A stretch of DNA of 64,000 nucleotides from Camelus dromedarius (lineage: Eukaryota). Positions 44,201-53,910 of the stretch are shown piece after piece. The DNA is taken from positions 1,922,001-1,986,000 of the forward strand of contig NC_087466.1 in the NCBI RefSeq assembly GCF_036321535.1. The letters run 5' to 3'. The notes under the pieces are model-generated. The model worked only from the letters and a program-made list of their open reading frames with translations, did not search any database and was not told the origin of the DNA. A program made the position numbers and the translations under genes. The number at the start of each line of letters is the position of its first letter. Position 1 is the stretch's first letter.

Positions 44201-44282
44201 TGCCCAGGATGAAGCTGGAGGCAGGTTCGTTGCTTTCTCCGGAGAAGGACAGTCGTTGCGGAAAAAGGGAAGAAAGCCTTAA
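26258..44282 (+). CDS. UFD1: Ubiquitin recognition factor in ER-associated degradation 1 (p97/VCP cofactor), 12 coding exons, 307 aa
   Basis: Exons: 26258-26260 (ATG only), 28524-28656, 29016-29048, 31070-31191, 33071-33201, 35264-35336, 38788-38856, 39578-39643, 39778-39825, 40284-40372, 40986-41067, 44208-44282. Total 924 nt. Peptides include [51 protein letters not shown] and [18 protein letters not shown]. Confidence 0.98.
27130..27670 (-). mobile_element. L1 (L1MB-like) 3' UTR fragment containing N-gap 27275-27406
   Basis: Same family as the copy at 62965-63512 (AAACTGAAACT...ATTCCATTGTATG...TTCATCTGTCAATGGA). Confidence 0.8.
27275..27406. other. N-gap, 132 nt, inside an L1 fragment in UFD1 intron 1
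   Basis: Directly counted. Confidence 1.
33202..35263 (+). other. UFD1: U12-type (minor spliceosome) GT-AG intron, UFD1 intron 5
   Basis: The 5' splice site reads CGT|GTATCCTTCT. The branch motif GCCTTAAC lies at 35243-35250, about 13 nt upstream of the exon, with no polypyrimidine tract. Confidence 0.9.
42726..43062 (+). mobile_element. MLT1 (B-like) solo LTR
   Basis: TGGGCCGAATTGTGTCCCCC...CCCTAACCCCCAG...GACTGGTGCCCTT...GCCAAGGAGAGG...CTGTGGTGTCTTGTTAC. Confidence 0.8.
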
Positions 44283-44306
44283 GCTGGGGCTGTTGGCTGA
44301 TTGGAG

Positions 44307-45120
44307 AATAAAATAATTGCAGCATGATGGCTTTTAGTTACTGCCTTTGACGGGGATGCTCCGTCACTTTAGGTGTGTTTAGAGTGACCTAAGAATTACC
44401 GGGTTTGACCGGAACGTGGACCAGCAGGACTTGCAGCCAGTGTCTGATTTGGGGAGAGAAGCTGCCTCTGAGGTCCCACAGCCTCCTCTTGCTTTCAGGC
44501 CCTCAGGACACGCCCACTGCTGAAGCAGTTTCCTAATTCCTGCCCAGAACCTGCGAAGGGAATTGAATTACTCTAACTTGTGGTGTTTTCTCTTTTTTCA
44601 TATATCCTTTCTTTTCCCAGGTCATAGTTTAGCATTTGCCTTTGGCCTAGAAAAAAGTGGTTTAAACAGATAAGTGCTCCGTAAACAGTGGTTATCCCAT
44701 TACTCTGGCTACAGTTTATTTGAGGAAGGGTGTTTCTATTTTTATTTTACATGTTGACTTTTTTTCCCCTAAAAGGTCATTCCTCAGCAGGAGAACCTGA
44801 CCTGAAAACATTTCCAATTTTTTTTCAATTTCATATAGAAATGACTGGCCCCTTAATCAATCTGTTTTTCTGTAAAACAACTTCATGGTGAAGCACAAAT
44901 GTAACCATTAGAATAAATGAAAGCTAAAGCTCTCTTCTTTCCCCTTCCCTACCCCCCATTCCCAGTGTTAATGTATCCAAAGTTCTGCTGGCCTGCCTTT
45001 ATTTTTTAACTAGGGTTAATTTAGCCTCAGATTTTCACTTTCTATAATATGACATGTTAATTCAATTTCCAGTATCTCTTCTTTCTTGAAAATAATTATG
45101 ATTCAAGAATTTCAAATAAA
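44307..45120 (+). terminator. UFD1 candidate polyadenylation signals: AATAAA at 44307-44312, 44912-44917 and 45115-45120
   Basis: Three canonical hexamers downstream of the UFD1 stop codon. Which are used is not determinable from sequence. Confidence 0.6.
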
Positions 45121-45849
45121 AACAGGCAGTGACTAAAACCTGAATTGCCTCCAAATGTCTGATAAAATACCAACAGGGATTGACACTTGGGCCACTGACC
45201 CAACCAGAGGAAGGCCTGCTTGCAAGGAACCCTCATTCCATCTGCCCTTAGAAAGGGCTCTGGGGGGCTTCTCCCAGACAGTGTAGGGGGAAACAAGGCT
45301 CTTGACCCCTGGGGAGGGGGTGGTCGGGCCCAGCAGGGTTTCCCCTTGTTTGTGATAGTAGGCCAAGGGGTCTGTCCATCTTTGGATAGGGCTCCCCTCA
45401 CTCAGGAGAGGGCGTCCCCATGCAGGATGCGTCCCCAGGGTTCACCCACGAGTCCTCAGAGTGAGCATCAAAGGTCATCCTGATGGCCAGGGCTGAACCC
45501 TGTGGCCCACACCACACCATTGTCTGTGGATGTGACTCTGGAAGGCATGAGCACGGCTGGGACCTACAGACCCTCCATTCAACGGGTCCTGGGGTCGCCG
45601 GCAGAGGTGGGAGCCCTCCTGGGTGGGCAAGACGTCTCTGTCCGCGGGATCACGTGGGCTACCGTGTCGTTCTGTGCTCGAGTGTCACGTGGAACTCTGG
45701 CCCTGGGTTCTTGTCTGCCCTGAGCGGCACCTGCTGTGTCTACAAGGAAACCACTCCTTGTCGGTTCCTGGAGGCGCACTCCCTGCTTGGACCAGGGATG
45801 GCCCCGCTGCTGGGTCTGGTGACAATGGGGTTGCCTGGAGCAGAAGGCC

Positions 45850-46700
45850 TGGTAAGGCTGCTGCAAAGAATCTGCCTGAACCGCGTGGTTCCGTCAGAAA
45901 CGGCCACTGGACGTGAACATGTAGCGGAATGCCCGGTGGCCGGAGCGGACGGCTGCGGCCTACACAGCCACGCAGCGTGGTCTGGCTTTCGGACCCTGGG
46001 GCGCGCCCCGCCCACAGCGCCCCGGCCCCGCCCTTCCTCGGTTGTTACTGGCTGCCAACCCGGACGTCCTATTCACTGGCGCGTCTCAAGGAGGAGGGCG
46101 AGGATGTAGTGATGACATCTCGGAGTTCATTGGTTCCTCTACCCATCAATCACGAGGTGGCCGGCGAGCCCAGGAGGCGGGTCGGGCAGCAGCTCAGACA
46201 TGGCTAACGGCGGTGGCTGGCGGGTAAGTGCTGCGACCGCCCGGGGCCCACGGGAAGGACGATAACTCGGTCCGGGCTGAGCGGGGCTAGCCGGTGGTGA
46301 CCGGGTCCGGGCCGAGCGGGGCAGCGGGTGGTGACCGGGTCCGGGCCGAGCGGGGTGGGTGGGCTCCGGGTCACCTGCTCATGCCTGGTCCCCGCAGCCG
46401 CCGCGCCCGTGCGAGGCCTACCGCGCGGAGTGGGAGCTCTGCCGCAGCGCCGGGCACTTCCTGCGCCACTACTACGTCCACGGAGAGCGGCCGGCCTGCG
46501 GGCAGTGGCGGCGGGACCTGGCCAGCTGCCGCGAGTGGGAGGAGCGCCGCAGCGCCGAGGCCCAGGTGAGGCCCAGGGGACGGGCCTGCAGGGGTTGGTT
46601 CTGCCGAGCCCGGGAAGCAGCCCGAGTAGCATCACCCAGCCCCGGGCCTGACGCCGGGACAGAGACGGCCCACCGCCGAGGGCAGGGGGCGGCTGCAGAG
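45850..46700 (+). promoter_or_regulatory. C22orf39 CpG island / promoter
   Basis: CpG-dense segment spanning exons 1-2, with ATTGG at 46129-46133. Confidence 0.65.
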
Positions 46701-47333
46701 GGGTCGGGGTGAGGGTAGTCCCGGCAGGCCTTAAAAGAGGGGTTAGATTCAGGCCTTCACGTGTGTTGGGAAGCGTGCTTGCCGCCAGGGCGGGAGACCA
46801 GTCAGGAGATGGTTCTGGTCCATTCGTTTACTAGATACCACTTGGGAAGGATGCTCTTGGGGATACAGGAGTGATGAGAACAAAGCCCTGTGCTCCTGGC
46901 TCCTTCATCCTGGTTCAGGGCACAGTGAGGCCTTGGAGCTGTTGGAGAGGGGAAGCAGTGAGTGGTTGTGTTCACGGGACGGGGCAGCAGGACTGGTATG
47001 TTTGAGAGAGAACGGTAAGTCCGTGATAAATGGAAAATGGGAAAGATGGTTTGCAGCCTATATGGAAAGAGATTAGTAATTTATGTGTGTGTGTGTGTGC
47101 GCGCTGACTCAGAGCACTCCCTGCGCTGGCCAGGGGTGGGCGGGTGCCTGGAGGAGGGAGCTGTCCGGGGGCACATGGGGACAAAAGTGACCGGGTCTCC
47201 TTTGCAGCGGTCCCTCTGTGAGAGCGAGCGGGCAAGAGTCCGGGCCGCACAGAAGCATGGCCTGGTGTGGACCCCCAGGCAGAGCCCCCCTGCAGACTGG
47301 CACCTCCCTCTGCCTCAGGACAAGGACAGCTGA
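46200..47333 (+). CDS. C22orf39: C22orf39 ortholog (UPF0545), 3 coding exons, 105 aa
   Basis: Exons 46200-46223, 46398-46565, 47208-47333; total 318 nt, GT-AG. Translation MANGGGWR-PPRPCEAYRAEWELCRSAGHFLRHYYVHGERPACGQWRRDLASCREWEERRSAEAQ-RSLCESERARVRAAQKH...DWHLPLPQDKDS*. Confidence 0.95.
46269..46355. repeat. 34-35 bp tandem repeat x2.5 in C22orf39 intron 1
   Basis: Unit GGTCCGGGC(C/T)GAGCGGGGC...GGTGGTGACCG starts at 46269, 46304 and 46338. Confidence 0.85.
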
Positions 47334-47528
47334 CCAGCGCTCTGTATGTCTCACACCCCTACCGCTGTGATTGACCTCGACCATCCAGTGGGTCCCTGAG
47401 AGCCCTGCCTCTGGCCTCACCTGCTGCCGCACCTGAACCGGTGCACCCAGTGCACATCTTCCAGGCCACAGGCAGCACTGCCAATCCTGCGGGAGGTGGT
47501 CAGGCTGGCTGTGCTCCCCTGGGGATTG

Positions 47529-48386
47529 TCCCCCACCCCAGGGGCTGCGTTCTGGGGGGCAGGAGGGGAGAGGATGGGCTACCAGGGCTCCACCTGGGCC
47601 CTCCTTGCTCTGGACCTCGTGGGTGAACTCTCCAGAGGTAGCCTTGACCCATGTGGACATGCAAGGAGCAAAATAAGGTGGCCAAGTAGCCTCGCCTGGC
47701 TCTGGTTCGGTGCCGGCCCCGCTGAGGCTCCTCCCTCAGCCCCTCGGCAGCACAGGTGGGCCCCCCAGGGCCTTTTGGAGATGCTCATGGCTCCAGGATG
47801 GGATGCACACCCTTGTGTGAACTGGGTTTGTGAACTTTGGTCTTCTTCCCTCCTCCTTTCCCTGGTCACTTTTAGAAAATGCGGAGTATATCAAAGGACA
47901 TTTCACTCGTTTGAGTCCAGATAGAAGCTGAAAATTCAATCCAGGTTAACTGCTGAGATAGTTCGATGTGGTACCTGGCCTCATGCTCATGCAGGATGAG
48001 AGTTCTGCGTGCTTGTGTTCCTGCTGGTGTTTGTGAAATAGATGCAGGTGAACTGACGGAGGTGCCTCTGTTACTGACAAGAGCCCCTCCCTCACGCCAC
48101 AGCCCTAGCCCAGCCACAGGGTAATCTGTCACTTCAGAGGGGTGTGCATTAAAGAACAAATTGTCCTGTCATGTGGCTTCTCTACCAGGTGCCTTAGAGC
48201 CCTCTGTGACTGCTTGTGTACCTGGGAGTAGTGGAGGCCGTGCACGTGGGGCCCTGGTCATCTGCCCTGTGTGTCCACCTGAGTGTGCGGAGGGGAGCCA
48301 GGGTCCCCCACCCCAGGGGCTGTGTGCCGGGGGGCAGGAGGGGATAGGGTGGGCTGCCAGGGCTCCACCTGGGCCCTACTTGCTCT
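47529..48386. repeat. Dispersed ~84-bp direct duplication (47529-47612 and 48304-48386)
   Basis: Hand alignment gives 7 mismatches and 1 gap, about 90% identity. Confidence 0.85.
48148..48153 (+). terminator. Candidate C22orf39 polyA signal (ATTAAA)
   Basis: First canonical-type hexamer I found after the stop at 47333, followed by a GU/U-rich tract. A further AATAAA lies at 49243-49248. Confidence 0.4.
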
Positions 48387-49764
48387 GAAGCCCCGGCAGG
48401 GACACAGGAGCCTTGCAGTCGCACATGTGCCTGGAATCACAGCAGCTCCTCACTGCTTCCTGGCGCAGGGCTGGGCAACAGGAGGTGCCGGAGCGGCAGC
48501 CAGGGCAACAGTCTTGAGGGGCACCTCTCGCAGAGCCCCTGCCAGGTGAGGGCCGCGGGCTGCCAGCACCCAACGCCCCGTTAGAAGTCCTGTTCCTTCT
48601 TGGATACCCAGTGGGTTCCACACCACTGATGACCGTCATTCTGGAGAATATTCCCACACCCTCCCCTGTCCACCCCTGGTGTCTGCACCCATGACAGGAC
48701 CAGAGAGTCCAGCAGAGTTGAGGGAACAGATGTGAACATTCAAACATCAGCTGTGAGGAAAATGGACAGAGTGACAAGGAAGAGCAAATTCTTTCAGATT
48801 CTTGGGACCAAGCCCGTGATAACGAGTGTTTTACGTTGTGACCTGGTGTGTCCTGTGACATACTGCATGTGTCACTGGAACTGGTGTCCCAGCGCTGCAC
48901 TGGCCTGCGCCATGGGGAGCCGGCAGCTTGGGTCTGCTGCATGTGCCACCCCTCAGAGCCACATTCTGGATCCACAGGGTCATACATATGGTTCCATTAC
49001 ATAATACCATGAAATGATACAGAGATGGGAAGGCTATGGGGTCAAGGGTCAGGGCTGGGAGATGTCCTGAGGTGCCTGGACCATGGGGTAGTTGTATGGG
49101 ACCACACTGGGATAAGATAGACGCGGGCCACCATGGCCAGGAGTCTGAACACACGGTGTATAAGATGTGACACTGGGGGAGCCACACACTGACCGCCCTG
49201 TGTGGTAATGTCTAATCTGTTGGAAACTTGTAATTACTCCTAAATAAAAGGTTAAAATGAAACAGCTGGCCATGACCCGCTGAGTTGATTGTATACCTAA
49301 TGGACAAAATCTGACTTTCCAAAGCACCTGTGATGGGCAGGGAGGTGGGGGAGGCGCAGCGTCGGCCCAGACCAGAAGGAGGCAGTTGCAGCCCACCAAG
49401 GCAAAGAAAGGGCCACACAAGACATGAGGAACAAGTGCCCGTGCCCAGGGGGTGGGGGGCAGCGCCAAGCTGCAATTCTGGGGGTGGCAGGCCGGCAGGC
49501 CAGCTGGCCAGCGGCTGCAGAAGAGGCAAGGCTGCAGGACTCAGGATCCCATGTGACTTCCTGATCCAGTAAAAGCGCTTGTCTGGTGCTTAAACCAAAG
49601 TGGACCCCACACAGGGAGCAGGGACAGGGGTCTGTTTCCCTGGTTGGTTTGCACTCAGGTGGTAAAGGGGCCCTGATGCAGACATGGCTCCCTGCTGATC
49701 CCGAACCCTCCCCTTGAGGCTGCATCACATCCCCGCCTCCTTCCTAGATGCACTGGCCAACACC

Positions 49765-50050
49765 CCCGCAGCTTGGGGGGACTCTATATGGAGTCGGGGT
49801 ACTTAGATGTCATTAGGTTAAAATGAGGCCTTTGAGGGGATAGGATCCAATCTGACTGGGGCCCCTGCAAGAAGAGATGCAAGACACACACACACAGACG
49901 GATGAACACGTGGGGACACGGGGAGAGGCCTCAGGAGGAAACAGCCCTGCAAAAGCCTGGCTCTTGGATATCCAGCCTCCAGAGAAACACTTTCCTGTTT
50001 AAGCCCGGAGTCTGCAATGTTTTGTTCCGTCGGCCAGAGCTCACCGCTCC
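49765..50050 (+). mobile_element. MLT1 (B-like) LTR fragment
   Basis: GGTTAAAATGAGG...ATCCAATCTGACTGG...GAGAGGCCTCAGGAGGAAACAGCCCTGC...CCAGCCTCCAGA. Confidence 0.75.
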
Positions 50051-50468
50051 AGGTGCACAGCACCTGGACACACCTAGACGACAGAGTACCCTCAGCTGGC
50101 CAGGTATTGCACCCTGGAGCACAGGGCAGCTGTAACTGGAGTCCTGGAGGGCCTGCTGCCTCCTCTTCTGTCTAGCAACCCCCACCCCCCAAGGCTGGCC
50201 CTGCTCCTCCCCCTGTGCTGCTGCCTGTCCCTCACCTCCACTCCCTCCCGGGGAGCTCTCTGCCTCCTGCTGGTGGAGTCAGCCCCACATACCTGGAGGG
50301 CAACGGGCAAGGTCTTAGCCCTCCTCTCCCCCAGGCGAGCCTCTCTCACCCCCCGCACAGCCTCGGGTGAATTAATTTTGACTCTGACACTTGCTCTTAA
50401 ATATTTATTCACTGCATGCCGTCACAGGCAGGCCTGACCCAGGCATCTGGGCGCGGCTGCCAGCAGCT

Positions 50469-52942
50469 CTACCTCTTGAACTCCACCTGTGTGTACACTT
50501 TGGTGATGTCGTGGTACCTGCCTTCTGGGGGCTGGTAGTTGGAGATGGGAGGCGTGTAATCTGGTCCTTGTCTCTCAAAGGGGAACAGACCAGGGTCCCG
50601 TTTGGTGGCCTCAGCATGGAGCTCCGGGGCTGTGAGCTGCAGCTCCCGCAGAGCTTCCTGCTGGGCCTGGAGCAGGGACCGGACAGCATCCCTCTCCGCC
50701 TCATGCTCCCGCTGCTTGTACAGTGACCACTTCTTCAGAAGCAGGGCCCTGCGCTCACTCTCCTCGAAGGGGAGCTCTGCCGGAGGCCGCTGTCTGGGAA
50801 CACAAGAAACCAAGGGCATGAGCACTGGCCTCGCTGACCAACCTCATGCCACCCCAGCATCCCCACTGCCAGACACGGAGGGAACTTGGCGACAAGTTGA
50901 GGAATGGAATGTTGAATGTGGCAGTAGCAGCCACGACCACCAGGAACCAGTGCGGTTTGCTCCACGTGGAGACAAGAAAGAATAGAAGCACCTCCTTGGC
51001 TCCAGGCGGGGCTGCCTGTGCTGAGAGGGGCTCTGGGAAAAGCCAGGCACTGTTATGAAAGTGGACAGCAAAATCCCAATGAGTCAAGTGCCTACACCAG
51101 CCCAGGAGGCCCAGAAAAACACCTGCGTGTCCACTTGCATGGCAAAGTGTTACTTTATAAATGGTACGTGCTTCTTACAGGAAGGCAGCAACCCCACCAA
51201 CCCCACACATGACACACCCCAACTATGAGTATCTGCATCTGAGAGCAAGAGGCTATGGTCTCCTACCATCAGGATGGGGCAGCAGCTGCAGTCCCGGGCC
51301 CAGGTCGTCCGTCACAGCTGACTCCTCTTGCAAGGGCAGCAGTGCGAACTCGCTCAGGCACCTGCCCTGCTCATCAGCCATTGCTGAGTTTCCCTCCCGC
51401 ACTCAGCAAGGGCAGCCTGAACCCAAGAAGACTTTCTCCAGCTCCCACGAAGACAATCCGGGAGAAAAGGACTAAGACGAGGCCAAGTCAGCCTGAACCT
51501 ACGACCCCTTCCCATTACAGGTGCAAACAGAACCCCTGAAGGTGACAGAACTCCTCTGCTGGAGGCCCCCCACCCAGAGGGAGGGCCCTCACCTTGTTTT
51601 GTTCAAGAACTTGACTGGCGTGATGAAGTCCTCAATGGGAATTAGCTCCTGGCTTGCCTTTTCCAGCCGTCGGATCCTCTTTTTCAAGCGGTCCTTTGCT
51701 GCCTGGTCCTTTTTGGGATCAACTTTTTTCTTCTTTCGCAGAGGCTCTGCTCTAAAGGGTAAAGCAAACATGAGATATGTTCCTCTTCTGTCTCGTGAAC
51801 ATGCAGAGACGTGGCGCCCGATGAAGCACCCCCAAACGCACACTGAACTCTCCACTAGGTAAGGAACTATGTGAGCCTGAACTCCTAGGCTGAGTGTGGC
51901 AGGGAGACCATATCCCGAGGGTCCTGCTGAGAACCCCGTAGGCACAGCCACCCCAGGAAGGGGTGGCGAAACTTCATGGGATGTCAGGATAAATTAAAGG
52001 AAGGGCTCATCTTTACAACTGGGGTTCGGGGGCACCTTGAGGTAACACTGAAAAGTAAAAATAGCAAACAGATGAATTAGAAGTTTATTATTCAGATCTT
52101 GAATGGATTTGTGATTTATAACGTTGATTTGATAAGACTAAGAAAGTCTAGTAAAAGTGACTGGCAAGTTCTTAATTACTTTTCAAGATTTTTTAACAAA
52201 TTTCCCCATCCCCGAGCACTGACAAAAGTTTGATTTACTCTGAGGAACACATCTCCAATGATGATAATAAACTACTGAGAACACATCAAATCCTCCGGTA
52301 TCAAGACTGAGTTTCATGAATCAAATCCCTAGAAAGAATCCGGCATCCCAGGTGGAAAAACGAATCCTCACACATCGTCCCACCTCTCCAGGGAGCAAGA
52401 AATCAAAGTGCTGGGCTCTTTAAAACACACACGAATCCCTTCAAGGCTAGTTTTTCTTTAGGCCGCTTTTACACTTGGTTTTTGTTTTCTGATTACAGGC
52501 AGTAACAGTGTTCCGTATGAAATGACAAAAAAAGTTTCTGCCTGAATGTAACCGAGATCCTTTGCCAACCGAGCGCTGGGCGTCCTGGCGCGTGGGGTCC
52601 CCGCGGGCGACTGAGGCGGGGCCCGCAGCCGGGCTTACCTCATGGGCACGAGTCCCCAGAAGGACAGCAGCGAAGCCCGCTGGTGCGCGTCCCTGGTCTG
52701 CGCCGGCCACATTCCCAGAAGCCTGCAAGAGACGGCGCATGAATAAGCGCCTGACTCCGCCGTCCGCCCGCCGGGAATGGAGAACTCAGTGATGACGCCC
52801 TCGTAACTGCTGGGTCAGGCCGCCAGGCCGGCGGGGAGTCTTCACCCACGTCCCCGCGCGTCCTGGGCTCCCGGCCGGGCCGCACTCACCTGCTGGGCGG
52901 GCGCAAAGCGCAGCAGACCGCCCCCAGCGCCGCGGCCGCCAT
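50469..52942 (-). CDS. MRPL40: Mitochondrial ribosomal protein L40 (mL40), 4 exons, 206 aa
   Basis: Exons 52890-52942, 52639-52722, 51593-51751, 50469-50793; total 621 nt. Peptides [26 protein letters not shown] and [23 protein letters not shown] on the minus strand at 50404-50409. Confidence 0.97.
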
Positions 52943-53777
52943 GGCTCCGGGTCGGGGACGGCGCTTCCGGGAACGCACCCCTCGGCGGCCAGGCCCGCCG
53001 TGCGTTGCTCACCCGTCCGGCCGCCGCGCCGCCCCGCGTTCCCGCGTTCCGGCCGCCGCGCCTGGCCCCGCCCCCCGACGTGGCCCCGCCCCCGTGCCCG
53101 GTGCCTCGCACCTCGCGCCGGCCGGGGTCCTTCTTCCCGCCGGCGCTGCCCCGGCCGCTCCCAGGCGACTCGGCCTGCGCTCCGCGAGGGCCGAGCCTGC
53201 AGTGCAGCCGGCCGTCCAGTAAGCGCGCCCGCCCGGGCCGGCTCTCCCGCCGGCGTCCGAGCCAGGGCCGCGGTGGCTGCACCCCGCGCGGCACGTGGCC
53301 TGCGCTCGCGGGTGCCCAATGAACGCGCGCTCGGGCAGGCGGAAGCCAGTTAATTAGTCTGCTCGACACCGGCGGGCGGAGCCGCGAGGCCGTCCGCGCC
53401 GCGCCGTCCCGCCTGGCTCCGCCGGCCCTCCGCACCCCTGACCCTGCTCGCCCGCCCGCCTGCTCCCGGCCGGCCGTCCCCTCGCCCGCGGCCCCGGGGG
53501 GCGGACCCGCCTGCCCGCCCGCTGGCCGGCCGAGGAGTCGGGCGGCCCGTGCGCACGGGGAGCGGTTTCCCGCCGGGGCGGTTTGGCAGGTGCGCGCCGT
53601 GACTTCCGGCGTTGCCCGGGAGCCGCCGGAGGAGGAGCGGCGCAGGGGATGCGGCTGTGGCGGCGGCGGCGGCGGCCGAGCGCGGGGGTCGGCTGTGGCG
53701 GCGGCGGCGGGGGGCGCGGGCCGGAGATGGCGCGGCGGCGCTGAGAGCGCGGGGCGGGCGGCGGCCGAAGGGCGGGC

Positions 53778-53810
<33 letters not shown>

Positions 53811-53873
53811 TCCATGGCTCGGGCGCGCTGAGGGACGCGGCTCTCGCCTCAGCCCGGCGGCGGCGGCCGAACA
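52943..53873. promoter_or_regulatory. MRPL40/HIRA bidirectional CpG-island promoter and HIRA 5' leader
   Basis: Divergent ATGs 931 nt apart with very high CpG density. E-box CACGTG at 53292-53297, E2F TTTCCCGC at 53566-53573, ETS ACTTCCGG near 53603, and GC boxes. Confidence 0.85.
53784..53810 (+). repeat. (GGC)9 in the HIRA 5' leader, with shorter GGC runs at about 53659-53710
   Basis: Directly counted. Confidence 0.9.
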
Positions 53874-53910
53874 ATGAAGCTCCTGAAGCCGACCTGGGTC
53901 AACCACAATG
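53874..53910 (+). CDS. HIRA: HIRA (histone H3.3 chaperone) coding exon 1 only; intron 1 runs past the window end
   Basis: MKLLKPTWVNHN(G) followed by donor G|gtgagt. This matches the HIRA N-terminus and its syntenic position head-to-head with MRPL40. No exon 2 was recognised in the remaining 10 kb. Confidence 0.95.

Noticed and set aside
46104-46207. Upstream ATGs of C22orf39 (ATG-TAG at 46104 and an overlapping uORF at 46112-46207)
   Set aside because: They lie upstream of the CCAAT-like box at 46129, so they are probably outside the transcript. No long N-terminal isoform is possible because of in-frame stops at 46107-46115.
52258-52310. Box C (ATGATGA) and box D (CTGA)-like motifs suggesting a C/D snoRNA
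   Set aside because: Antisense to the host MRPL40 intron, too short, and no terminal stem.
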